IMG/VR virus record: IMGVR_UViG_3300047200_000271
Coordinates: 1 to 57,378 of that record
DNA from: a virus
Taxonomy: Duplodnaviria; Caudoviricetes
Strand: one strand, 5' to 3'
Length of the DNA stretch: 57,378 nt
The translations under genes and the position numbers were made by a program. The notes under the pieces were generated by a model, which was given only the letters and a program-made list of their open reading frames with translations, was not told where the DNA came from and searched no databases. Positions 48,761 to 57,077 of the stretch are shown here, in pieces. Each line of letters begins with the position of its first letter. Within the stretch, counting starts at the first letter, position 1.

Positions 48761-49012
48761 CCTAAGTACGCACCCGATCATTACCGTAACCTTGAATTTC
48801 CAGTTGTTGTAGTAGCTAGAGCATGGGGTCTTGGATTTGAATTGTTTACTGCACTTAAATACATAGCTAGAGCCGGTAAGAAATTAGGTGAAACAGAAAC
48901 TGATGACTTAGTCAAATGCATTTGGTACATTACGTTTTACATTACTCAAGACACAAAAGACGCTGACTGGCTTGTAGAAAAGCTTTTGAAGCGAATGAGT
49001 AAAGCAAGTTAA
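48758..49012 (+). CDS. DUF3310 (SaV-like) protein
   Basis: PDHY, F....ALKYI.RAGKK, DL.K..WY motifs. Confidence 0.8.
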   Translation: MPKYAPDHYRNLEFPVVVVARAWGLGFELFTALKYIARAGKKLGETETDDLVKCIWYITFYITQDTKDADWLVEKLLKRMSKAS

Positions 49013-50175
49013 TATCCCAGTTTAGATCTTTGTGCGTCAAAAAACATAAGCTGTTGTCTAGCCTGGGCTAACGATAATCGGTCTTCAGGTTTTACATTAG
49101 GATTTTGCATTAATGCATCAAGCCTTACTAACTCTGCTTGTCTACGAGTATCGTTATAGCGACCAATTGCATCACCGCCACGACTAGCACTATTTTTCAA
49201 CTCATCGAATAACGGATTGCTAATATTAACCCTACCACCACTAGCCAATAAACCAAGCGCAGGAATTGCGTTTGCTGCAATATCAGGAATATTCATTCCA
49301 ACGCTATTAACTAAATCCATTGGCGCAACTGAATTTGCAGGTTGTTGCCTAAACGTCGAGTCGTTAAAAGTGGAATTCGTAGGCATAAAACGTTTCAAAA
49401 TCATTTTAATTGAATCGTGATCAGATAGGTCCATTGCACTAGGGTTATGCATTGCCTTGACAATGTGTTTAACTGCCTGATCTGGTAAACCCGCACTTGC
49501 CAATTGGTTTTTAAAATCTGTAAGAATAAACTCAGCTTTTTCACGGCCTTTAGGTTCAGTCAGCATTTTTTCTAAATAACTAGGATCACTAAGAGTTATA
49601 TATCGACGCATTATATTGTCAGTCAGTTGTGTGCGTCTTATACCCTCATCTGCCTGATATGGATCACCTGTTGCTCCAGACATAGATATAGCAGTAAGCG
49701 ATTTTTGTGCTAACCCTGGAGCGCCTTTAGTCAGTGATCCAGTAAAGTTTTTAATTGGAGAAGCTATCTTAGTGTTGTAAGCACTTGCCACTTTACCCAA
49801 CGGACCTGCTGCAACTTTTCCAACAGCTTGACGTACAGGCCTAACTAAAGGCTTAACATATTTATTTACTAACGGCGCAGCATCAAGATCATATGCTACC
49901 TTTGCGCTAGTTAAAGCCTTGTCAATGAATGGCATGCCTGTACGGAATGCAGATTGAGCTGCGCCACCTACTTTTTGAGCCGCCGTACCTACTTTTTGAG
50001 CAGCAGCACCAATTACTGGAGCAGCTTTAGCTGCTGCCCCAGGTAATCGTTTTTTGATTTGATTTACACCAACAACTGAAGCAGCGCCTAGTGCCGGAAT
50101 CATAAGTTCTGGATCTAGCATTCCTTCACCTTGAGCTTTCAATAGATCAAGTAATGTTGGTTGTTTTGGTGGCAT
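49009..50175 (-). CDS. Hypothetical protein (388 aa), Ala/Lys-rich amphipathic N-terminal half
   Basis: Long TAATG-coupled ORF; AAQKVG repeats. Confidence 0.75.
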   Translation of the reverse strand: MPPKQPTLLDLLKAQGEGMLDPELMIPALGAASVVGVNQIKKRLPGAAAKAAPVIGAAAQKVGTAAQKVGGAAQSAFRTGMPFIDKALTSAKVAYDLDAAPLVNKYVKPLVRPVRQAVGKVAAGPLGKVASAYNTKIASPIKNFTGSLTKGAPGLAQKSLTAISMSGATGDPYQADEGIRRTQLTDNIMRRYITLSDPSYLEKMLTEPKGREKAEFILTDFKNQLASAGLPDQAVKHIVKAMHNPSAMDLSDHDSIKMILKRFMPTNSTFNDSTFRQQPANSVAPMDLVNSVGMNIPDIAANAIPALGLLASGGRVNISNPLFDELKNSASRGGDAIGRYNDTRRQAELVRLDALMQNPNVKPEDRLSLAQARQQLMFFDAQRSKLGY

Positions 50176-51509
50176 TAACGTAAAGCCCTTGCCTTAATGT
50201 CGGCGTAAGTAGCACCCTTCGGTGCTGAATCTGCGTTTCGACCCATTGCACGATATTCATCAAGAATACGTCCAGCTTTACCCGGATTTTCCCTGTCAAA
50301 CTTCTGAGCAATACCTTCAGACTTGTAGTCTTTAAGGGTTGATTGTGAACCAATCTTTTTGTCGTAACGTGCTATCAATCTAGTTGCTGTGTCTGAATCA
50401 ACAGAATCACGAGCAATCATACCTTGAAGATGTTTACGTCCAACATCACGTCCACGCTTTACAGTTGCGTCAAAAGCTTCACCTAAATACTCTTCAGGAT
50501 TACGATTAGCTTTATTGTTTCCACGTACACGTTCTGTAAGTGTTGGTTGCTTAGGAGCCGTTCCGCCACCAGCACCAGGTGCGTTAGATGCACCACCAGC
50601 AGGTGGATATAACTGAGCATCAGGTCCATTTCCAGCGGATGGTGGATTATTACGTCCAGCAACTCCAACTTCGGGAGAAGCAGCAGCTGGTTTTGCAGCA
50701 GCTTCATTCTCATTACGTTTACGAGTTGCAAGATACGTTAATCCACCAGCAGCAGCTGCTACTGTAGCAAGCCCCAACAATCGTCCTTTAAGACGACGAT
50801 TCATTCCTTTTGGTAGATTTGTCATTTTTGCAGCATCATCGATTGACCCAGTAAGTAATCGAGGCCCACTACTTACAGATTTAGCTGCCGAAGGTGGTGG
50901 TGGAGCAACTTTACGATATGGTTGTGAACCACGTTCAAAGAAGTTTTCGTCACCAGGATTATATCTAGGTGCAGTTACCAGAGGGCTTGGAGGTGGAGTT
51001 GGAGGCATAATCCTAGGACGTACTGGCCCAGGATTAGGAGTATTAACCTTCCCTCCATCTGCTCGATAAGGTACTTTATCAGGTACTCCAGGTTGAGGTC
51101 GCAAAGCTAATGCGCCGCCTTTTCCACCTTGAAATGGACTTGGTGGAGGAGGAGCAGGAGGTGTTACTCTTCGTGCCTGTATAGGTGGCCCAGTATATTT
51201 GACAGCCCCACGAACAGGCCGTGTAAACGAATCATTTTTGTGCGGTGTACGTACTACAAGTGCAGATCCACTATTACCTGTATTAGGATTAATTTTAGGT
51301 GGTTGCACACCACTATATAATCTTGCTGATAATTGTCGAAGTCCTTCCTTGCTACCATTACCTAATGCTTCGCGAGTTTTATCTTTTCCTATGGGAGTTT
51401 TACGTACTACAGGTGCGCCACTTGAATTATTAAAATCAATAGCTCCTTGTCCCGGAGGTGTTGGTTTAGCTTTTGGTGGTTTAGCCTTAGTTCCTTTAGG
51501 TTCTGCCAT
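50175..51509 (-). CDS. Pro-rich disordered protein with one central hydrophobic helix
   Basis: PPPP tracts; LLGLATVAAAAGGLTYLA flanked by basic residues; start moved to ATG 51509. Confidence 0.75.
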   Translation of the reverse strand: MAEPKGTKAKPPKAKPTPPGQGAIDFNNSSGAPVVRKTPIGKDKTREALGNGSKEGLRQLSARLYSGVQPPKINPNTGNSGSALVVRTPHKNDSFTRPVRGAVKYTGPPIQARRVTPPAPPPPSPFQGGKGGALALRPQPGVPDKVPYRADGGKVNTPNPGPVRPRIMPPTPPPSPLVTAPRYNPGDENFFERGSQPYRKVAPPPPSAAKSVSSGPRLLTGSIDDAAKMTNLPKGMNRRLKGRLLGLATVAAAAGGLTYLATRKRNENEAAAKPAAASPEVGVAGRNNPPSAGNGPDAQLYPPAGGASNAPGAGGGTAPKQPTLTERVRGNNKANRNPEEYLGEAFDATVKRGRDVGRKHLQGMIARDSVDSDTATRLIARYDKKIGSQSTLKDYKSEGIAQKFDRENPGKAGRILDEYRAMGRNADSAPKGATYADIKARALR

Positions 51510-51511
51510 GG

Positions 51512-51637
51512 TTAGCACTTACCCTTCTTGCACATTGGGCATTTGCATTCAGACGGATGAGCTTTTTTTACGCCCATCATGTCAGACATTGTTTTCGTTG
51601 AAGTCATAGTCTTAACAGGTTTCATCACTTTAGCCAT
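51512..51637 (-). CDS. Small basic Cys/His peptide (41 aa)
   Basis: Not in the ORF track; MAKVMKPVKTMTSTKTMSDMMGVKKAHPSECKCPMCKKGKC; TAATG overlap. Confidence 0.7.
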   Translation of the reverse strand: MAKVMKPVKTMTSTKTMSDMMGVKKAHPSECKCPMCKKGKC

Positions 51638-51882
51638 TACTTTGCCCTCGCTCTTCCTTTGTAACCTTTACCAATAATCACATTGCCATTTGGCTGAATG
51701 TGTTCTTTGCGTTCCATCATCATAATTTGCGACATTGAAGGAGCACGTTTAAGTCCGTGTTCTTTCATCTCCATCTTCTTCATCTGAGCTTTAGTTGGAG
51801 TTTTTTTTATACCGTGTTCACGGCGTTCAATATCAGGCAGATCACGGGTGAATGTTTGAGCGTGATTAATGTTTTTATTCAT
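51637..51882 (-). CDS. Small basic protein with ExxEH repeats
   Basis: ERREHG / EMKEHG / ERKEH. Confidence 0.7.
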   Translation of the reverse strand: MNKNINHAQTFTRDLPDIERREHGIKKTPTKAQMKKMEMKEHGLKRAPSMSQIMMMERKEHIQPNGNVIIGKGYKGRARAK

Positions 51883-51884
51883 AT

Positions 51885-52490
51885 CTATTTATTGCGACCA
51901 ATCATTTGTTGCATTCTTTGCATCTGCATCATCTTCTGTCTTTGAGGATCCACAAATGAATCGCTAGGACGTTGGGCATTCAATGCATTCATGGCCCCCA
52001 TCAGTCCTTGTCCTGCTCCACTCATTGGTGGTGCACTCATTTGTGGCATATTCATTGGTGTGCCCATAGGAGCCATTCCACTTTTTGTACCCATATTAGG
52101 ATTCATCATAGGGGATGGCAGTTCTTGTTCTTGTGGCTGTGCACCCATCATTTGAGACATATTCATGCCTGACATGTTTACCATTGGATTAGGATGCATA
52201 AGATTTTGCATCTTTGGCATCTGCGGATTTTGTTGTTGTTGTGACATATGCTGGCCAAGCATTTGTCGCATGCCATCTTCGTCCATTTTATTTTGCATTT
52301 GTGGATCTTGTGGATGACGTTGCAACATATCCATAGCTTGAGTCATAGGAGACATTCGTGTAGCACCACCAAATGCATCTTGAATAGAATGCATTGGGTT
52401 GCCCATACCCATGCGCCCAATCATATTCATAGGATTAGCTTGACTAAGCACATTTCCCATGTTTACTTTAGGCATCCTGAAGTTAAACAT
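51885..52490 (-). CDS. Met/Gln/Pro-rich low-complexity protein (201 aa)
   Basis: Composition seen directly; TAATG-coupled. Confidence 0.75.
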   Translation of the reverse strand: MFNFRMPKVNMGNVLSQANPMNMIGRMGMGNPMHSIQDAFGGATRMSPMTQAMDMLQRHPQDPQMQNKMDEDGMRQMLGQHMSQQQQNPQMPKMQNLMHPNPMVNMSGMNMSQMMGAQPQEQELPSPMMNPNMGTKSGMAPMGTPMNMPQMSAPPMSGAGQGLMGAMNALNAQRPSDSFVDPQRQKMMQMQRMQQMIGRNK

Positions 52491-52741
52491 TATTTACAGT
52501 TCCATGCACGCAAGCTTTTATTAATTCGACTATTAGGATCATTTGCCGTTTTAGTCGATGTGTTTGCGCGTTTCATACCTTCCATACGTGCACAAAACGA
52601 TTTACGACGCAAAGCGTCTTTTGGCGTTTTAGGGTTAGTAGCAGGAGGTTTCAGATTAAGCCCTTCGGTTTTTTTGTAATGTGCTCTACCAGCAGCATTT
52701 AATCCTCCGGACGGGTTCTGATACTTTTTTACAACACCCAT
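52490..52741 (-). CDS. Conserved basic phage protein (DUF6321-like)
   Basis: GGLNAAGR.HY...RRKSFCARM.GM...DPNSRINKSLRAWNC. Confidence 0.7.
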   Translation of the reverse strand: MGVVKKYQNPSGGLNAAGRAHYKKTEGLNLKPPATNPKTPKDALRRKSFCARMEGMKRANTSTKTANDPNSRINKSLRAWNCK

Positions 52742-52811
52742 AATGTTGATTGTACTATAGCTAAATCACTACGTTGCACTCGCATGTAGGCAGGTATATT
52801 ATAGTGTAATG
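52739..52811. promoter_or_regulatory. Divergent leaderless promoters (late operon / dut-thyX)
   Basis: Plus: TTGCAC-17-TATTAT-6-ATG (dut); minus: TACAAT-7-ATG. Confidence 0.7.
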
Positions 52812-53264
52812 GAACCAATTAAGATTGCAATCAGATCTATATCTGACAACCCTCGTTTTATAAAACCATCACAAGCAACACCTGGAAGTCATGGGTTTGA
52901 TATATGCGCGTCTGTAAGTAAAGTGACGTCTATTCAACCAGGCAAAATTGCTATTATCCCTACTGATATTAAGTTACAAATGCCATCAAATGTGGAAGCT
53001 CAAGTACGTAGTCGTAGTGGGTTAGCGGCTAAGAATGGCGTGTTTGTTCTTAATAGCCCTGGAACTATTGATTCAGATTACACCGGTGAAGTCAAAGTAA
53101 TTCTTGCTAACTTTGGTAATGACGTGTTTTTTGTACAACCAGGAATGCGTATTGCACAATTAGTATTTGCAACAGTCCCCACTGTAGAGTTAGTCAATAC
53201 ATCTACTGGTGACTTATTCACAACTGATCGTGGAGTAGGTGGATTTGGAAGCACTGGCGTATGA
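52809..53264 (+). CDS. dut: Trimeric dUTPase
   Basis: Motifs GFD, RSGLA, GTIDSDYTGE, RIAQL, RG.GGFGSTG. Confidence 0.97.
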   Translation: MEPIKIAIRSISDNPRFIKPSQATPGSHGFDICASVSKVTSIQPGKIAIIPTDIKLQMPSNVEAQVRSRSGLAAKNGVFVLNSPGTIDSDYTGEVKVILANFGNDVFFVQPGMRIAQLVFATVPTVELVNTSTGDLFTTDRGVGGFGSTGV

Positions 53265-53881
53265 AGACCCAAGCTAGACTCGTATGGATAACACCTGACG
53301 CTGAATCCCACATTGCATATTGTGCACGGGTTAGTAATCCAAAAAATCAAGATAACCCAGACTTTGCCAAGCTATTAAAGTACTGCAAACGTAAAAAGCA
53401 CTGGTCTGTGTTTGAGATGGCAAACGCATGCTTGGAGATCAAGACGTCAATAGCGGTCGCTATGCAAATGCAACGTCACAAGTCAATGTCGTTCCAGGTG
53501 TTTTCTCAACGGTATTCTCCTGTAGTAGAAAAGCCAATGCCTATACAACTAAGGCTAAAGCATCCAACCAATAGGCAGTCATCAATTATTGACGATCAAA
53601 ATCCTGAACTTCGAGAAATGGAATGCCTAGCTGATGAATCTGTAGCACTGGCATTTGACACCTATGAAAAGATGATTGCATTTGGTGTTGCACCAGAGAC
53701 AGCTCGCAACGTGTTACCTATGTGTACGCCTACAACCATGTACGTTAATGGGACTCTCCGGAGTTGGATCCATTACCTAGAAAGCCGTCTTGAAGAGGGG
53801 GCGCAAGACGAACATCAGCATGTTGCCACTATTGTATTGGCCATACTGAGACAACAATGCCCCACTGTGTGGGAGGACTAA
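53261..53881 (+). CDS. thyX: Flavin-dependent thymidylate synthase
   Basis: ARVS, HWSVFE, RHKSMSFQVFSQRY, ETARNVLP, AQ.EH. Confidence 0.95.
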   Translation: MKTQARLVWITPDAESHIAYCARVSNPKNQDNPDFAKLLKYCKRKKHWSVFEMANACLEIKTSIAVAMQMQRHKSMSFQVFSQRYSPVVEKPMPIQLRLKHPTNRQSSIIDDQNPELREMECLADESVALAFDTYEKMIAFGVAPETARNVLPMCTPTTMYVNGTLRSWIHYLESRLEEGAQDEHQHVATIVLAILRQQCPTVWED

Positions 53882-54129
53882 TGTCTGAAGAAAAAACTGT
53901 AGAGTCTACAAACTCTGAGCTCACGTATCCACTTTCGGATCGTGAGCTTGAGATTTTGCGTATGTTGCCTAAAGGTCGTACGGCAAAGATGATGGGTGTA
54001 GCTCTGTCTATTAGCCACAGAACGGTAAACTTTCATCTTGACAACCTATATTGGAAGCTTGGTGTAAGTGGAATTGACGCTAAAACCAGAGCCCTTAAAA
54101 AAGGAAGAGCACTAGGTCTTATCGACTAG
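53881..54129 (+). CDS. LuxR/GerE-type HTH regulator
   Basis: LSDRELEIL....G...K.....L.IS.RTV.FH..N.Y.KLGV; start moved to 53881 (TAATG). Confidence 0.85.
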   Translation: MSEEKTVESTNSELTYPLSDRELEILRMLPKGRTAKMMGVALSISHRTVNFHLDNLYWKLGVSGIDAKTRALKKGRALGLID

Positions 54130-54164
54130 TGCTCTCCACTTGCTTGAACCCAACTCAAGCAAGA

Positions 54165-54434
54165 CTACAGGTCGGATTCATCAATTTTACGAATAATGAT
54201 TGGTGTACCTTCACCCATGTATGCCCCAACAATGTTGAAGTCAATGTACTCAATAGCTTCGTCCCATGTCATACCGTCTTCTTCGCACTGTTTAACCATA
54301 AGATTAAAGTCGTATGCTACTACGGTATTGTGGCAAGGCCTGATAGCGATACCAAAGATAGCGCTATCAAACCCGTCAAGTGTCAACGCACATTCGTCTA
54401 CAAAGTCACCAATTGATTCACTAGTCATCGCCAA
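54165..54434 (-). CDS. Conserved phage hypothetical protein
   Basis: DGFDSAI.G...VAYD...DEAIEY..FN..GAY.GE.TP. Confidence 0.75.
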   Translation of the reverse strand: MAMTSESIGDFVDECALTLDGFDSAIFGIAIRPCHNTVVAYDFNLMVKQCEEDGMTWDEAIEYIDFNIVGAYMGEGTPIIIRKIDESDL

Positions 54435-54813
54435 ACGGATCCGAGATGTCTTCAGTCTTTACAGGCTGACGTTGTTGTGGAGCCTGATAAGCGTTTTGGG
54501 TTCCACTAGAATCCTTCTTGCTGTCAAGTGGTTGGATGTTGTCCACAATGACTTCAGCAGATTTGCGCTTCTCACCATTGTGCTCGTACTGACGAATGCG
54601 AAGCTTGCCCTGGATTGCAATCAAGCGACCCTTAGAAAGGTATGTACTAGCAAACTCTGCTGTTTTGCCAAAAGCGGAAAGGTCAATGAAGTCAGATTCT
54701 TCATTTTTTCCACGATCTACTGCAATACGCATGTTGGCTACAGCATTACCGCTTGCCAATGTCTTTGAATCTGGATCAGCTACAAGCCGTCCAATTAGCA
54801 CTACGTTATTCAT
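54421..54813 (-). CDS. ssb: Single-stranded DNA-binding protein
   Basis: MNNVVLIGRL..DP, AVDR, YLSKG..I...G.L, acidic DPF tail. Confidence 0.95.
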   Translation of the reverse strand: MNNVVLIGRLVADPDSKTLASGNAVANMRIAVDRGKNEESDFIDLSAFGKTAEFASTYLSKGRLIAIQGKLRIRQYEHNGEKRKSAEVIVDNIQPLDSKKDSSGTQNAYQAPQQRQPVKTEDISDPFGDD

Positions 54814-54821
54814 TTTGTCTC

Positions 54822-55109
54822 CTAGATAATGACGGTTTCGTCAGTGATGATTGTTGCGTTGCGCTTGTTCTGCAACATCATAGAGTTGATGATACTGCTC
54901 GCAATCTCAATCATAATCCGGCCTGGGACCTTACTGGTCTCATTCAGGGCAACCAAACGCTCCCATGCTGGAACGCATGCAAGCTCTTCTCCGTTGATGG
55001 CATAGTGAATGCCTGTAACACCTTGGACGATTTTAATATCAACGTCACAAGTGTTGCTTTTCTTTGCAATAGTAATCATAAATACCTCTGACTTATTGTG
55101 GTCACCCAC
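54822..55109 (-). CDS. Hypothetical protein
   Basis: GTG start 6 nt after TATAAT; an internal ATG with SD GAGGT is also possible. Confidence 0.65.
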   Translation of the reverse strand: MGDHNKSEVFMITIAKKSNTCDVDIKIVQGVTGIHYAINGEELACVPAWERLVALNETSKVPGRIMIEIASSIINSMMLQNKRNATIITDETVII

Positions 55110-55124
55110 GCAGGTATTATATCA
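55107..55124 (-). promoter_or_regulatory. Extended -10 promoter TGaTATAAT-ACCTGC-GTG
   Basis: Consensus TGn-TATAAT followed by the recurrent ACCTGC spacer. Confidence 0.65.
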
Positions 55125-55340
55125 TTGATTGCGTTTACGTAGCTCCTTTGCAGCAGTTACAAAAACTTTTCGTAGAAGTACTGCATCCATTGATGAAAAC
55201 TCACCATGAAGATTAACGTTCTTGCAAAGATCCTGGAATGACTTTACTGGTTCATACTCAACGCCAAATAGTTTGCATGCGTCTTCGATGTTGTCTGGCG
55301 CAACTTTAACACCAAGTATTTTTGCTATAAAGTTTTTCAA
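55122..55340 (-). CDS. Hypothetical protein
   Basis: TTG start overlapping the lysin TGA (the track gives 55385). Confidence 0.6.
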   Translation of the reverse strand: MKNFIAKILGVKVAPDNIEDACKLFGVEYEPVKSFQDLCKNVNLHGEFSSMDAVLLRKVFVTAAKELRKRNQ

Positions 55341-55873
55341 AAGTTTACCCTCAATATTCCACCGAGCTTTCCAAGCTCGCTCCATTTACGATTTTTCTTG
55401 TATACACCATCACCGTCTCGTTCAACTACACTGTCAGATTCTGGCTCAGGTGAAGTGTTTCCTTCAATAGTCCACATGTATGTTGCTTTTACATCAAGCA
55501 CTATTCCTACGTGGCCAATGCGCCCAAGTTGTGAGAAGTAGAATAAAGCAATATCCCCTTTACGTGGGATAACTGACCCATCTTTAATGGATGCCACAGG
55601 AACCCATAAGCCAGTTTGTTTAGCGTAATTAGCCCAGTCAGGAGTGTATCCAGATCTAGGAAAAGCTGTGTCGTAAGTAGTACTAAGCTGGGTAGCAGAC
55701 GTTTTCATCATGGCACGGACAAAAGCAGCACACCATGGGTTACCTGCACTCAAAGGGGGTTTACATTGACTAAGGTAGAACTCTACTTTGTCACCTGAGT
55801 TCTCGCCTTCTTCCTGAGTCCCCACGGCCAGTAGAGCATTACGAATCATCTGCATTGCAATAGGACGGTCCAT
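55337..55873 (-). CDS. CHAP-domain endolysin / cell-wall hydrolase
   Basis: PWCAAFV (catalytic Cys), GHVGIV (His), TIEGNT. Confidence 0.85.
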   Translation of the reverse strand: MDRPIAMQMIRNALLAVGTQEEGENSGDKVEFYLSQCKPPLSAGNPWCAAFVRAMMKTSATQLSTTYDTAFPRSGYTPDWANYAKQTGLWVPVASIKDGSVIPRKGDIALFYFSQLGRIGHVGIVLDVKATYMWTIEGNTSPEPESDSVVERDGDGVYKKNRKWSELGKLGGILRVNF

Positions 55874-55917
55874 ACAACGGTTATATCATGCTGGTTTAGC
55901 CGTAAAATGCACACATG
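55871..55917. promoter_or_regulatory. Divergent leaderless promoters (lysin / HTH gene)
   Basis: Plus TAAAAT-6-ATG; minus TGaTATAAC-6-ATG. Confidence 0.6.
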
Positions 55918-56358
55918 TTGATAGACGAAATAAGCATCGAAACCACCGCAAGCATATTGTGGTTAGCTAGGCAGGGGTACAGCTTTAATGCCATAGCATG
56001 CGACTTGGACTATAGGGATATAGAACCACCAACTACAGGTAAAGTTCTCCGCCCTGGAGATCCTGTAGTGTGGTCAATTAACCTTGTAAAACAAGTTATA
56101 GCAAAGACTATTGGCACTAAGCCAGCAGTCAAACGTCGCAACCATTCTATGTACTTAGAACGTCAAATGATGTTCCTAAAGGACCATAGAGACATGACTT
56201 GCAATGATATAGCTGATTACCTAAACGAGTGCGGATCATACAATGTTGAGTGCGGAGAATGGAACGGCGAAGCTGTGAAGAAAGTACTCCAGCGTTATCG
56301 TGCGTATTGCAATAGTAACAACATTGACCCATTTGAGCCATACCCGCAAGTACCTTAA
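55915..56358 (+). CDS. Protein with two recombinase-type HTH DNA-binding repeats
   Basis: GYS...IA..L...I..P...W....V and T...IA.YLN..G......W....V..L; no catalytic domain seen. Confidence 0.6.
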   Translation: MLIDEISIETTASILWLARQGYSFNAIACDLDYRDIEPPTTGKVLRPGDPVVWSINLVKQVIAKTIGTKPAVKRRNHSMYLERQMMFLKDHRDMTCNDIADYLNECGSYNVECGEWNGEAVKKVLQRYRAYCNSNNIDPFEPYPQVP

Positions 56359-56394
56359 ACAAAAGCCACCCCGGTGCTTATTCAGGGTGGTTCA
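56358..56394. terminator. Terminator hairpin between convergent genes
   Basis: Minus strand AACCACCCTG...CGGGGTGGCTTTTGTT. Confidence 0.6.
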
Positions 56395-56457
56395 TTTGGT
56401 TGTTGTTTTAACACTCACCGTTAGGTGGCATAAACATTGTACCAAGCACTAGACAGC

Positions 56458-56487
56458 AAAAAAGACCAGTGTGGCTGACTGGTCTTT
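56458..56487 (-). terminator. Rho-independent terminator of the leftward HTH operon
   Basis: AAAGACCAGT-loop-ACTGGTCTTT followed by a T-run on the minus strand. Confidence 0.75.
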
Positions 56488-56568
56488 CCTGTTTGCAGAG
56501 TTTAAGTATGTCGGGATTGGCCGGAGTAAGGAGCCTTTCCTTTTACTGATCTTTCGATCAGTTCGATG

Positions 56569-56763
56569 TTATCGCGATTTTAGCAAAGCCTCATGTTTTA
56601 TTCTGTTTCTGTGCAGCATTAATCTGTGACTCCATCGCTCCCCTTTCACTATCCGCCTAACCTGCTCATAGCTAACCCCGCAGGTAGATGCCAGCTGTTT
56701 GATAGACGCGCCATCTGTATACCTACTGAGTATGAATTCAATATCTTTAACTGTTAGCTTCAC
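56569..56763 (-). CDS. Small HTH DNA-binding protein
   Basis: KLT..DI..I...Y..G.S..QLA...GVS...V.RIV.G.RW. Confidence 0.75.
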   Translation of the reverse strand: MKLTVKDIEFILSRYTDGASIKQLASTCGVSYEQVRRIVKGERWSHRLMLHRNRIKHEALLKSR

Positions 56764-57073
56764 TGTTGTGTCTGATCACGTAATTAAACGCCTCGTAAGC
56801 GTTCACAATCGTAGTGTCATCAACGTCAAGCTCGTCAATAAAATACGATGGGATCTGACCGAGGTAAAAGTGTAGCACCCACGGGTCAACCATTAAAGCG
56901 TGAGACAAATCTGTAATGTAAGGCTTAAAACTCCTGCGCCCATGCTCAATACAGTTCATGAGCTGGGGTGAAATTGAGCCGTCACCGTCAGTTCGCCGAA
57001 TTTTACTAGCAAGCTCACGCTGCGTTATACCAATGTGCTCACGGCGTAGCGTTATGTATTTAGGTCCAGTCAT
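56747..57073 (-). CDS. XRE-family HTH regulator
   Basis: RRE..GITQRELA..I...IS...N.IE.GRR; start moved to ATG 57073. Confidence 0.75.
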   Translation of the reverse strand: MTGPKYITLRREHIGITQRELASKIRRTDGDGSISPQLMNCIEHGRRSFKPYITDLSHALMVDPWVLHFYLGQIPSYFIDELDVDDTTIVNAYEAFNYVIRHNSEANS

Positions 57074-57077
57074 AGTT

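Noticed and set aside
55915-56358. Serine integrase
   Set aside because: Only 147 aa with HTH-like repeats; no catalytic Y.R.S domain
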